Shown here in pieces: positions 1-12,462 of a DNA stretch of 64,000 nucleotides; position 1 is the stretch's first letter, and each line of letters opens with the position of its first letter. The stretch comes from Octopus sinensis (Eukaryota): assembly GCF_006345805.1 (NCBI RefSeq), contig NC_042998.1, positions 70,060,001-70,124,000 of the forward strand. Reading direction: 5' to 3'. Made by a program: the position numbers and the translations under genes. Under the pieces are notes generated by a model. The model was given only the letters and a program-made list of their open reading frames with translations. It searched no databases and was not told the DNA's origin.

Positions 1-618
1 TTTATTTATCTTATCTGTCTGTATGGTTGTTAGTCTGTTTGACAGACTGGCTGTTCCCTTTCATATTTATATTTAAAACATATTTAGTCAGGCTGTAGTT
101 ATTATTGTATTAGAGTTATAATCACTGATTCACAGCAAATTAACAACGAATTATTAACAAGCGAAGCCACCGGCTTGGAGCATCTCGGCCTCCTTCAGGC
201 TTTCGTGTAGCTCGTTATCATTTATTATCGGAAGTGACATAGAACTATTAATAGTAAACAACATAAAACACTCACTTATGTGAATCCAACAAACGAGAAC
301 ATGAGTAATTGTGTAACACACCATAGAATATGTTAACTAGGTTGTGTTCATCTTTGTAATATTTCTCTTTGTTTTTTTTTTTGCTTTTGTTTTGTCTTCT
401 ACTTGCTTCAGTCATTAGAACGCGGCTATGCTGGGGCACCGCCATGGAGAAAATTTTTTAGTCGAACGAATCGACACTAGTACTTACTTTTAAGCCTGAT
501 TCTTATTCTGTCGGTTTCTTTTATGCCGAACCGATAGGTTGCGGGTACGTAAAAAACATCACCGGTAGTCAAGCCGCAGTGGGAACAAACATTGACAGAA
601 ACACGCATGCAAACATCA

Positions 619-1568
619 CACACACACACCCGCACACGCATATATATATATATATATATATATTATTATTATATATACATATATATATATATATATGTAT
701 ATGTATATATATATATTATATATATATATTATACATATATATATATATATATTGTATATGTATATATATATTATATATATATATACATCTATGTTATATA
801 TATATAATAATATATATACATATATGTATTATATTATAATATATATAACATATATATGTATATATATATAATATATATCTCTATATGTATATATATATAT
901 ATATATATATCATATATATGTATATATATTATGTGTGTATATATGTATAGTATATATATATATATATTATATATATATATGTATATGTATATATTATATG
1001 TTATATAGATATGTATATATATATATATTGTATATATATAGTATATATATATATATATATGTATATGTGTATACTAGATATATATATAATATATATGTAT
1101 ATGGTATATAGTATATTATATATATAATATATAGATATGTATCTGTATGTTATGTAATAGAATATGTATTATATATATAATGTATTGGGTATATATATAT
1201 ATATATATTATATATATATATTATATATGTATATGTATATGTATGATATGTATATATATATATATATGTATAGTGTAATATAATATTATATATAATGTAT
1301 ATGTAGTATGTATATTATATATGTATAGTTATTCTATGTATTATATATATATCTATATTAATATATATATTATATATCTGTGTATATATTATATGTATAC
1401 TATAGGTATATATATAATGTATATGTATATGTATATTATAGTAATATGATATTAAGCATATGTATAGTATATAGATATATGTATTGTATATTATATATGT
1501 ATATATATATATATATGTATATGTATAATGTATATATATATATATATAATATATATATATATATATAA
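619..1568. repeat. Degenerate (TA)n/(TATG)n microsatellite, ~950 bp
   Basis: Directly visible; source of the YI-repeat pseudo-ORFs. Confidence 0.95.
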
Positions 1569-1569
1569 C

Positions 1570-1841
1570 TTGCATATAAGAGACCAAAGTGTACGTCCGC
1601 CCTATATTGTATATTTAAAAAAATACAAAAATGGGACAAGAAAGCAAGACATCCAGACAGACAATACAAGGAAAACAAGGACGGATGATTCGGAATTTTC
1701 TATCCTCAGTCGAGTTCCAGATTATCTTTGGAATTTCGGCTGGTTATACTCGAGATTGCTCCAATCTGGCCAACCTCAAAGAAAAAGTAAGCTAAGAGCA
1801 TTACATTCCTTGGAAGAAAGCAGCGAATGTATACGAAAAAT
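1570..1841. mobile_element. Unclassified interspersed-repeat fragment nested in the TA tract
   Basis: Complex 270-bp block flanked on both sides by (TA)n inside the split SINE; resembles a repeat I recall from octopus; class not determined. Confidence 0.4.
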
Positions 1842-2072
1842 GTATGTATATATATATATATATATACAATGAGCTTCTTTCAGTTTCCGTCTATGAAATC
1901 CACCCGCAAGTCTTTGGTGGATCCGAGGTTATAGTAGAAGACACTTGCTCAGGGTGTCACGCTCTGCAACTGAACCAGAAACCATGTGGTTGGGAAACTA
2001 ACTTCTTGCCACACAGCCACGCCTACACCTATATGTCTAATATACTTTTGTTTCTTCTTTTTTTTTTAGATG

Positions 2073-2472
2073 TTTACTTGTTTCACTCATTGGACTGTGA
2101 CCATGTTGGACTACCAGCCCGAAAGATTCAGTCAATCAAATCCATCCGAGTACTTAGTCTATTGTTCTCTTTAGGCAGAACCTCTAAATTACAGGAAGCG
2201 CAATCAAAACAACACCGGTTGTCAAGCAGCTGGAGACAAATACGGGGATCTGCGCACGCGCGCACACGCACACACATGCGTGCGGGTAAGCAAATATATG
2301 TGTGTGTATAAATAACGGACTTCTACATAGTTTTCGCTGACCAAGTTTACTTACAAGGTATTGGTCGACTTGGAGCTATGGTGGAAGACACCCAATGAGT
2401 CGCAAGGTGGGGCTGAACCTGAAACCACATGGTAGCGAAGCAAAGTTCTTAACTATACAGCTATGACTGCAC
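2073..2472 (-). mobile_element. Diverged family A SINE
   Basis: Collinear with 6552-6968 in reverse: tacttgtttcactcattggactg ... gaagacac ... gctgaacctgaaaccacatgg. Confidence 0.75.
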
Positions 2473-3562
2473 CGTTGTTTAATATATGTAAATGGATTTT
2501 CATTGACATAACAATAAATACGTGATTACCTTACAACTATGTATGCCTAATTAAAAAGGTTCTTTTCTCAGTCTTGAGGTTTTGGGTTCAATCTCCCAGA
2601 GTAGCAACTTAAGTAACTACCACGTGACCTATACTGGGTAATTGAAAATTGTATGGTATGAAGATTTTAATCTGTAAGCATCAAAAGTACTTTTAAACGT
2701 ACATGGCAGCAATCACCTTTTACTGTCACCTGATGATCACACTGCCATATTATCATCAAATTACTTTTAAAACAAACTTGTAATTTTCTTATGTTTTGAC
2801 ATATTTTGTTTCGCACAGAGTATTGTTCAAGGGTTTGCAACAATACACTGTGCGAAACCAAACATATGGCACCCTAGTCATAACATCAACTTGTTGCCTC
2901 TTGAGGTCCCTTGGTGAGAATTGGAGTCAACTTGCACAAATACAAAGCAAAAGCCAAACATATAATAACGACAACAACGATGACGATGATGATGAGGATG
3001 ATGTACAGGTTTTGTTTTGGTATAAAAGATGGGCTACAACAAATATTCTACTCTGTCCTGATGCAGTATCAGGCAATGGCTCTCATTGCTTTTGATCTTA
3101 ACTGATTGGAAGTGTTGTCATATACATGTTTTGTCTTGGTATAAAAGATGAACTACAGCAAATATTCTGCTCAATATCGCAGATCTGCTTGTCACTTGTT
3201 TGACCATAACCAGTTGGCTGACGATATGGGTATCTCTGATAAGGAACAGAAGTAGTGGGGGAGCGTCATAGCTATGTGCTGAGAGGAATTCTTTGGGGTT
3301 TGAATAATTCACCTTTGGAAACACGAGTGATTCATTCATCATCCTTAAACAACCCTTTTCTTGAAGCATTGCAATCTGTAAATTATGTAAAAGTTTGAAA
3401 ATAATATTTCAGCAATGTAGGTGAGAAGTTAGACACTGTATATAAGCTTATTGCATTACATAGCATAGGTTGGTTAAAGATTCTATAATAACTTCGAGAA
3501 AGCTTTCTTTTTTCAAATATAAGAAATATTAAACAAATAAAATTATCAGTTAAAATTATCAC

Positions 3563-3767
3563 TGCCAGAAACGTTAGCTCGCTGGGAGAAATGCTTAGCA
3601 GTATTTCGTCTGTCTTTACGTTCTGAGTTCAAATTCCGTTGAGGTCGATTTTACCTTTCATCCTTTCGGGATCGATGAATTAAGTACCAGTTCCATACTG
3701 GGGTCCATCTGATCGACTGGCCATCTTCCCCAAAATTTCGGGCTTTGTGCCTAGAGTAGAAAAGAAT
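3563..3767 (+). mobile_element. tRNA-headed SINE (family B)
   Basis: gccagaaacgttagc...gagttcaaattcc (B box)...ttcatcctttcgggatcgat...gtgcctagagtagaaaagaat; matches 12985-13205. Confidence 0.85.
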
Positions 3768-3883
3768 ATGTGTGTGTGTGTGTATGCATGCATGTATGTG
3801 TATGTATATATTTACTGTATGTATGTGTTTGTCTGTAGGTAGGTATAGTATGTATATTATTTGTGTTTGTGAAGATGCATTTT

Positions 3884-4131
3884 GTCCTTGAGCGAGACAC
3901 TTTCTTTCACGTTGCTCCTGTCCACTCAGATGGCATAAATGAGTCATACATGTATTTATTTCAAAGGGCCAGCCTTGTCACATTCTGTGTCAGGCCGAAT
4001 CTCCCCGAGAAGAAAGTTAAGGGTACGCGTGTCTGTGGAATGCTCACCCACTTGCATGTTAATTTCAAGAGTAAGCTGTTCCGTTGATCGGATCGACTGA
4101 AACCCCTCATCTACGTAACTGACAGAGTTGC
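3884..4131 (+). mobile_element. 5'-truncated SINE (family C)
   Basis: gggccagccttgtcacattctg...gtgtctgtgga...ccgttgatcggatcgactg; same 3' half as 12463-12785. Confidence 0.8.
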
Positions 4132-4235
4132 AGGGTTTTAGGGTTAGGGTTATGGCTTTAGGGTCAAGGTTTTATGGTTATGGTTAAGGTTTTAGGGTTT
4201 TATGGTTAGGGTTAGGGTTAGGGTTTTAGGGTTAG
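4132..4235 (+). repeat. Interstitial telomere-like (TTAGGG)n array, degenerate
   Basis: ggttagggttagggttagggttttagggttag plus variants ttatgg and ttaagg. Confidence 0.85.
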
Positions 4236-4924
4236 TGTTGGGGAAAAAGTCAAAATTGAAGAAGTGGGGGGGTAAGGGGTGGCGTGGAATTTCACAATGC
4301 CGACTTTTGGCAATTTTCCGGAACATCCGTATCCGAGAACGGGGATTTTTGGCGAAAAAAAAAATTACAAAAATAAACAAATTTGGGAGAAAATGGGAGC
4401 GAGGGGCGGCAGAAGTCTTTCCTTGACGTTTATCGCAGCTGAGTTAAGTTAAGCTAAGTTAATTTTGGCTCAAAGGTGAGATGAATATGATTACATAGTT
4501 AAACCCGAATTTCGTTCAGTCAGTCGAATTTACACCAAGACGAACACGCGAATCTCAATGCTCGGATATTTGATAAAGACTGCAGGACACTCGGAAACGT
4601 TTATACGTCGGAAAAACATCGTTGTGCAGTTTTAGATGTGCGCAAAAATATAAAAGCTATAAGCTTTGTAAAGTTCAACAGAAACTGTAAATGTCATGTT
4701 TTCATCACGTTTGAAAGAACAACTTGCTATTTCGCCTTCTCACCCTCTCACCTAACCCTCTTTCCCTCAACATCCTCTTCTCTCTCTCTATCTATCTATT
4801 TATGTGTGTGTGCGTGCGTGTGCGTGCGTGCGTGTGTGTGTGTGTGTGTGTGTGCGTGTATGTGTGCGTGCGTGTATGTGTGCGTGTGTGTGTGTGTGTT
4901 GTGTGTGTGTGTGTTGTTATATTT

Positions 4925-5241
4925 TGTACATGTTTCAGCCATCAGACCGCGGCCATACTGGGACACGACATTGTCATGAGGAATTCTGGTCGAATGAATC
5001 GTCCCCAGTACATCTTTAAAGTCTGGTACTTATTCTATCGGTCGCTCATGCCGAATCGCTAAGTTATGGGTGCGTAAATACACCAACACCGGTTGTCAAG
5101 CGGTGGTAGAGAACAAAGACAGACATAAAGACACACGCATACACATACACACACACAGACACACACACACACAAACACACACACACGCACGCACACACAA
5201 ACACACACACACATATATATATATATACACACATATATATA

Positions 5242-5288
<47 letters not shown>

Positions 5289-5404
5289 GCGGGCTTCTTT
5301 CAATTTCCGTCTAACAAAATTCACTCAGAAGTCTTTAGTCGGCCCGAGGCTATAGTAGAAGACACGCTGTGCGACTGAACCCGGTAGTAACTTCTTACTA
5401 CACG
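4925..5404 (-). mobile_element. Family A SINE with internal (CA)/(TA) tract
   Basis: tttcagccatcagaccgcggccatactggg ... gaggctatagtagaagacac ... gaacccgg; reverse of 6552-6968. Confidence 0.85.
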
Positions 5405-6551
5405 AATATATTCATATGTATATATATATGTGTGTGCACGCACACGCACGCAATCGCAGCATACATCAATACTTGCATAGTACCTGTCGAAAATGATGTG
5501 ATTCATTACTGTCACTTTTGAGAAATTTAAACCAGTCTGCTTCAGGCTTTGCTGCATCTTTTTCTTATGTTTCATATTTTCTTCTTTCAGTTAATCTTTT
5601 GATTTCTCTGTCTTTACTTTTGCTTTTCCTTAGGCTTCTTGTTTTATACTAATTCTTCTGTCCAATTTTCGTAGAGTGATTTTGAAGTCGAACAGTTTCT
5701 ATATGTCTGAGAACTTCGTCTGCTTGATTTGTAAGTCCTTGTTGCATATAAAGTAGTCTCCTCATTCCCTTCCTTTTACGCACTCACAGTATTCTCAGGG
5801 AGTTGCTTGACAGAATCGTTCCAGTCGTATTCCTTTACTTTTTAAGTTCCACCAAAGTTAACTTTGCATTTCACCTCTCTGATGTCGATGAAATAGAACA
5901 GAAGTCAAGAGCTGGAGTCGATGGTAACGATTAACCCTCTCTTCTCGGAATAGTCCCTGATATTTTATCACGTTACCTTTCTAATTCGTCTTCTCTGTCA
6001 TTGAACTTTATCTAACGTCTTTCCACGTGGCCTCTTTTAGTGCATTACATACACCATCTCTTTTTCTTTTATTCCATTTTCTTCCAACCATATTTATAAC
6101 TTACTGTCTGCTCGTCAGATTGTTATGGAGCTACTATTTCCTTCTATCGTCGTCCTCTCTCTCTCTCTTTCTCTCCTACTCTGTCAATCTTTCACTCATG
6201 CATTTTTCTGTCTGCTTTATTCTTTCTTCATAATAAGTTTCCTTTCTCTTCAACCTCTCACCACAAACTATGCTTTCTACAGATAACAGAATTAGAGTAT
6301 CGATAAATATGGTAGACTTTATATGTGTGTAAATACATATGTAATCCTTTAGTAATAATATATTGTAAATCCACGTTTTAAGCTGAAGTGCTAACCTTAT
6401 AGCAATCATTCATCAGTTGCCAAATTCGAGCCGTTTCTAAAAAATTAATGAGATTCATACACGTGCATTCGTATGTATGTATGTATGTATGTATGTATGT
6501 ATGTATGTATGTATGTATGTGTGTGTGTGTGTGTGTGTATGCATGTATGTA

Positions 6552-6968
6552 GGCGCAGGAGTGACTGTGGAAGGCGCAGGAGTGGCTGTGTGGTAAGTAG
6601 CTTGATTCCGGGTTCAGTCCCACTGCGTGGCACCTTGGGCAAGTGTCTTCTGCTATAGACTCGGGCCAACCAAAGCCTTGTGAGTGGATTTGGTAGACGG
6701 AAACTGAAAGAAGCCCTTCGTATATGTGTATATATATGTATGTGTGTGTGTGTGTGTGTTTGTGTGTCTGTGTTTGTCCCCCCAACATCGCTTGACAACC
6801 GATGGTGGTGTGTTTACGTCGCCGTAACTTAGCGGTTCGGCAAACAGACCGATAGAATAAATACAAGGCTTCCAAAACATAAGTCCTGGGGTCGATTTGT
6901 TCGACTAAAGGCGGTGTTCCAGCATGGCCGCAGTCAAAATGACTGAAACAAGTAAAATAGTAAAAGAG
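6552..6968 (+). mobile_element. Full-length family A SINE (A/B-box head, CORE-like ccttgggcaagtgtctt, internal microsatellite, LINE-derived tail)
   Basis: Head ggcgcaggagtggctgtgtgg (first 21 bp duplicated), B box gggttcagtccc, tail ggcggtgttccagcatggccgcagtc...aagtaaaatagtaaaagag. Confidence 0.9.
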
Positions 6969-6980
6969 TATGTAGGTATG

Positions 6981-7660
6981 TCATTATTCAGTCTCATTTC
7001 AAGATTTCCTGTATATAGAGAAAGAGCCGGTTTCTAAACTAAATCCAATGTTACTTCATAAGAATTTCAACACCAACAACACAGTGTTCTTGTTTGTATA
7101 TATGCATGTATGCATGTATGTATGCATGCATGTATGTATGTATGTATGTATGTATGTATGTATGTATGTATGTATGTATGTATGTATTATGTATGTATAC
7201 GCGCAGATTTGTATGTTTTGTTTTATGTATGTCTTCTCATTCATATACTTGCCTATCTAGACATGCTCGTATATACTTAAAGGATAAACTTCTGGAAAAT
7301 TTTACAGATTTTTACAATTCCAGTGATGGTTTGGATCTGTAGTTTTCTAATCAACTTTCTCCTTTCTGCTTTTGGGAAGCCTAATTTCTCAAGATTGGTA
7401 TTTAGGCTGTGTGTTACATATCCCAATGCCCCAATAACTACAGGTATAAACTTGAACTTGCAATTTGGATTGACGAACTGCAAATTTCTTAATAGATCAG
7501 CGTAAGTATTCTCTTTCTCAGTGATTTTCAGCTTTGTGTTAACATCTGCTGGGCAGATGATTTCCACAACTGTACACAATTTCTCTTCTCTATCCCAAAT
7601 CATGATGTCAGGTCTGTTGTGTGTACATTTTATCGAGATTTTCATTGGGACATTCCACCA
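6981..7660 (-). mobile_element. 3' end of an RLE-type (R4/Dong-like) non-LTR retrotransposon: endonuclease C-terminus plus 3'UTR with expanded (ATAC)n
   Basis: ORF 7277-7645 contains HNRPDIMIWD...VEIICPAD...EKENTY (PD-(D/E)xK restriction-like endonuclease) and FIPVVIGALG; the 3'UTR matches the second copy at 33745-34165. Confidence 0.85.
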
Positions 7661-7804
7661 GTACTCTTTTTATTATCGGTGGCTATGTATGTATGTATGT
7701 ATGTATGTATGCATGCATGTGGATAGCTGGCCTATTACGGATTTTTAAGAAATTGATCAAATTTGTCATCTGATGATTGCTTGGCATATGCTTAATATGA
7801 AACA

Positions 7805-7960
7805 TGAGGTTACGATGTATTAACATTTTATAAGGTCGTGAGTTCGATTCCTGGTGACGTGTTGTGATCTTGAGCAGGACACTTTATTTTACTTGCTCCA
7901 ATCTACTCAGTTGGCAAAACTGAGTTGTATCTGTAGTCCAGTGGGCCAGCCTTGCTACAT
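7805..7960 (+). mobile_element. Family C SINE, 5' part
   Basis: B box gagttcgattcc, then cttgagcaggacactttattt...ctactcagttggcaaaa as in 12463-12785. Confidence 0.7.
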
Positions 7961-7972
7961 TTTATATATATG

Positions 7973-8010
<38 letters not shown>

Positions 8011-8166
8011 CATAGATACATATATATTTATACACATATATATATATATATACATATGTGTATATATATATATGTGTGTTGTGTGTGTATATATATATAT
8101 ATATACATATACATAGATATATATATATTTATACACATAGATATATATATATTTATATATACATAC

Positions 8167-8205
<39 letters not shown>

Positions 8206-8369
8206 GTGTGTGTGTGTGTGCATATATATATATATACATTTTTAAAATAAATTATGTGAAGTGAAAGAATAATTCAAGAGCCAACAGTTTCCAGCGTTGC
8301 TGCTTATCAACGCACGTAACTCTCGACCATCGATCACTCTGCAACTTCCGCCGATTAATAATGCTTTCA

Positions 8370-8470
8370 TATTTTGCCTCAAGAGCAGCAATTTTAGGAG
8401 AAAGGATGAGTCGATTACATCCACCTCAGTGTTCAGTTGGTACTTATTTTATCGGCTCCGAAAGGATATT
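8370..8470 (-). mobile_element. Family B SINE fragment
   Basis: gagtcgattacatccacc...gttggtacttattttatcggctccgaaaggat is the reverse of the family B core. Confidence 0.65.
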
Positions 8471-8884
8471 AACAAAAGCATATGCTAATACATACGTACA
8501 AGGAGAGAAAGATAGATAGATAAATAGGTAGATAGATAGAGAGAAAGAGACTGGGAGGGAGACAAAGTGTGAGAAAGAGTAATCTTGATGACATATAACC
8601 TAAGATACGTTATATAACTGTCATCCAAAAGTAATGCTTAGTTATGACTTATTTGACAAATAGCATCTAGTTAATAAGTAATAAATGTGAATTCAACCTC
8701 TATTTCCCTTCAAAGCATAAAGAAGAGTTATTGACAACCAAACCTCTTCCGGTCGTGGGTGGTTTATTTGTCAAGAATTGTAAATGGATATTTGTAGAGA
8801 CACAATCAGATCCTGTTAGCTATGACCCTTCCTCGATGTTTTGTATAAAGATTACGTACAAGGTAATTATATATACTGTAAGGT

Positions 8885-9262
8885 GGAGGTGCAATGGCCC
8901 AGTGGTTAGGGCAGCGGACTCGCGGTCATAGGATCGCGGTTTCGATTCCCAGACCGGGCGTTGTGAGTGTTTATTGAGCGAAAACACCTAAAAGCTCCAC
9001 GAGGCTCCGGCAGGGGATGGTGGTGATCCCTGCTGTACTCTTTCACCACAACTTTCTCTCACTCTTACTTCCTGTTTCTGTTGTACCTGTATTTCAAGGG
9101 ACCGGCCTTGTCACTCTCTGTGTCACGCTGAATATCCCCGAGAACTACTTTAAGGGTGCACGTGTCTGTGGAGTGCTCAGCCACTTACACGTTAATTTCA
9201 CGAGCAGGCTGTTCCGTTGGTTCGGATCAACCGGAACCCTCATCGTCGTAACCGACGGAGTG
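8885..9262 (+). mobile_element. Full-length tRNA-headed SINE (family C, variant head)
   Basis: A box TGGCCCAGTGG 8895-8905, B-box-like ggtttcgattccc 8938-8950, tail ccgttggttcggatcaaccggaaccctcatcgtcgtaaccgacggagtg. Confidence 0.9.
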
Positions 9263-9857
9263 TTTCCATATACTGTAAGGTCTCAGAGTGTATTTGTTGT
9301 TGGTGGTGGTGTTTAAAACCTCAGCTTAACACTTGACATCCAACAAACCTTTGTTCAATAGCATTTTGCTTGTGACCATCCCGTCTTTTTAAGGGCCCTG
9401 CGATCTTGTTAAATTTCTGCCAACCACTTGAAGTTTTTCAAATTTTCAGCAGTTTATTTTCAAAATATGCAGTTTTAGTGCTGATAACGAAAATTATATT
9501 AATTTTAGTTTTCTTGCTTGATAAGTCAAACGTATTAATTTTTTTTCCTAGAAATTAATAATGAAGATGTTCAATGTAGAAAATTTCAAAAAAAAAAAAG
9601 TAATAATAATAATAATAATAATAACAACAACAACAAGATCCGGGTACTGTCTGGTTTCATGCGTCATTTTTTTTTTACTTAAGCTGCGTGCGTGAGATTT
9701 TAAGATTCAGCCGTTATTTCTAGCAGGATGAGTGGCCGCCACGTAGAAGCTTCTTCGTTAGCTGAGCTTTGGTGTTTCTGTCCTTGTGACGTTGCTTGTG
9801 TGAACGGGTTTTGCGTGTGTACTTGTAATCTTATCTTTGTTATTGTTGTTGTTGCTG

Positions 9858-9899
<42 letters not shown>

Positions 9900-10346
9900 T
9901 GTGTGTGTGTGCGGGCCTGCGTACGATCCACTATAGAAGAAATTGAGAAGGGTTTCAAATTCGGCTGCATTATTTTTTTCCCCACTTTATAACTGGATGC
10001 TAATGTCATTTAGATAACATCGATAGTATATATTTATCACAGTTTATAAATGATGTAGCGTTCTGGGCGTCGTTAGGAAACACACACACACACACACACT
10101 CACATACTGATAAGTTATATCTAAATATGTGTAAGTGGTTGTATATATCTATCTTCATGTATGCCTATACTGCATACAAACATTTACATTTATGTATGTA
10201 GGTATGTATATATGCATATATATATATGTGTGTGTGTGTGTGCTTGCGTGTGTGCGTGGGCATATTTATGTATATGTGTGTATATACATGTATATATATG
10301 TATATATATATATGTGTGTGTGTGTGTATATATATATGTGTGTGTG

Positions 10347-10377
<31 letters not shown>

Positions 10378-10435
10378 ATGTGTATATGTGTATATATAAG
10401 TGTGTGTGTGTTTATGTATATATGTATATGTGCAG

Positions 10436-10470
<35 letters not shown>

Positions 10471-10488
10471 GATAGATTTCTATCTATC

Positions 10489-10520
<32 letters not shown>

Positions 10521-10564
10521 ATATGTATATATATAGATAGATTTCTATCTATATATATTTGTGT

Positions 10565-10602
<38 letters not shown>

Positions 10603-12024
10603 GCACACACATATAATACATATACGTACAAACTTGTGTTGGTGTTCTTTATAGGAAACATACATACACGTATTACGTATATACGTGTGTATGTATGTGT
10701 GTGTGTGTACATATGTGTGTGCCTGTATGTATGTATATGTGAGTGTGTGTGCGTGCATGTGAGTGTATGTGTGTGTGTGTATGCGTAGTCAGTGAACGAA
10801 GGAGGGAAAGGAAAGGAAAGAAAAGGAAAAAGAGAGAGAGAGAGAGAGATTTGTTTTGGGAAAATACATTGATGATGTGTAGGGCAACACATGGGCTCCT
10901 ACAAGTGCGCTTTTGATCAAATTGGAAACTTCACAGATAATTGTGTGTATTTTGTGTGTATGTTAGCGTGTGTTGTAGTTATATTGTGTGCCTGTATGTG
11001 TGTGGTAATTGTTGTAGTAGTTTCAGATTCCCTCGATCCATCAGGAAGAATCGATCGGAAGAAGCATCAATCTATTTATATATATATAACTTCAAATATA
11101 CATAAACACTAGTGTATATTTATATAGGCTCATACTTACTGGAACATAATTGCGTGTGTGTATATGCGCGTGTGTGTGTGGGTCTATGTGTGTGTCTCTG
11201 TGTGTGGATGGATGGTTTCAAATACATATTCAGGAACATAACACTCTACACACACTTGCACACGCACAAACGTATACATGTATGTATACATGTATGTACG
11301 TATGCATATATACTTATAATACATACATACGTATATATATATACATATATATACACAAACCACATATATCTATATATATATACATATATATATACGTATA
11401 TATATATATATATATGTGTGTGTACACATATGTGTGTGTGTGTACACATATGTGTGTGTGTGTGTTTGTGTACACACGCACATACATATACACACATACA
11501 TACACACACACACACTGCTTTTATGTCAAGTTTATATAAAAACAATTTAACCTTAAACTGAAAGGTTACTCAATACTTTTTAGTGGAGTGTATGTTAATT
11601 AAACTTTTACGAAGAAATGGCTGACAGTGACATCGAAGTTTCAGTTTGCTTGCCTTCGTTCGACTATATAAGTAGCCATCACTCCTTGAATACCAAACAT
11701 TCACATTTCAAATTTGTAGGGAAACAGTACAGTGTGACATAGCTCATTGTAATGCGTTCATACCCAGGTCTGTTATGACATTATCATTGATCCCCAAGCG
11801 AATATTGCAAGCCACAGAATAAATAGATTAGGAGTGGAGCTGTAGACTTCTTGAAACTAGATAACTGCTCATAGTGCTCATGCATTTAGATGGCGCTGAT
11901 TGTGCTTAAGATACTGTTCATCTCTACCTAACAGCAAATGCGTACCTCGGCGTGATATAGTTCCATCTGCTGTCTCCATGTCACTGAAACTAAACAGTCA
12001 AGAGTCCAGTTCAGCAAATTTAAG

Positions 12025-12403
12025 TACTTACTTGTACTTGTGGCAACATTCACCCTGGGCGGGTTGAGTCGGCTTCTTCTACTCATGGAAGAAGTTTCGT
12101 GGGAATATTTGGATTTCACAAGCGGTCCCCAACAATCCCGCATGTGGAGACATCCTGTTTGCCGCAGATTGTCCGCAGACGCAGGGACGGAACGACCGAG
12201 GAGCCGCCGGTTGCCGAAGCAAGGGCACTCCGAGGATTTTCACCAGAGCCCCGTCTGCCGGGTTGTGGCCCTAATACCACTCGGTGTCAGACCAATCCGC
12301 CTTGGGTGGCCCTACCAGGAACTGAAGTTCCCGACGGTATAGCTCTGACACTACCCGTTGCCAGCGTCCCCACCACGGTGAAGAGGGGATGGACTTTGGG
12401 GAC
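12025..12403 (-). mobile_element. 379-bp non-autonomous RTE-derived retroelement with 11-bp TSD
   Basis: Exact direct repeat GCAAATTTAAG at 12014-12024 and 12404-12414; minus strand ends ...ccacaagtacaagtaagta (tandem tail); 5' part gagctataccgtcggg...cctggtagggccacccaaggcgga resembles RTE 5'UTRs (recall). Confidence 0.75.
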
Positions 12404-12462
12404 GCAAATTTAAGCTGTTATTATGGTCTGGTATTATCCACCGTACTGTAACTCTGCCTTGT

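Larger units (their letters stand above)
399..2030 (-). mobile_element. tRNA-headed CORE-like SINE (family A) split by a ~1 kb expanded microsatellite and a nested insert
   Basis: Tail half 399-610 (cagtcattagaacgcggctatgctggggcaccgcc) and head half 1871-2030 (tagtagaagacacttgctc...accatgtggttggg...cacagccac) are collinear with the intact copy at 6552-6968. Confidence 0.7.

Noticed and set aside
160-215. GC-rich patch with CTGAAGGA on the minus strand
   Set aside because: No downstream GAAA or helix III; not a hammerhead. Left unclassified.
579-1678. Long YI/HT/CV-repeat ORFs here and at 10-11.5 kb, 23.8-24.8 kb, 39-40.7 kb, 54.9-55.4 kb and 60.3-60.9 kb
   Set aside because: They are translations of dinucleotide microsatellites, open in several frames on both strands because the repeats lack stops.
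8885-8960. tRNA gene
   Set aside because: It has A and B boxes, but no complete cloverleaf could be formed and it runs directly into a SINE body shared with other copies.
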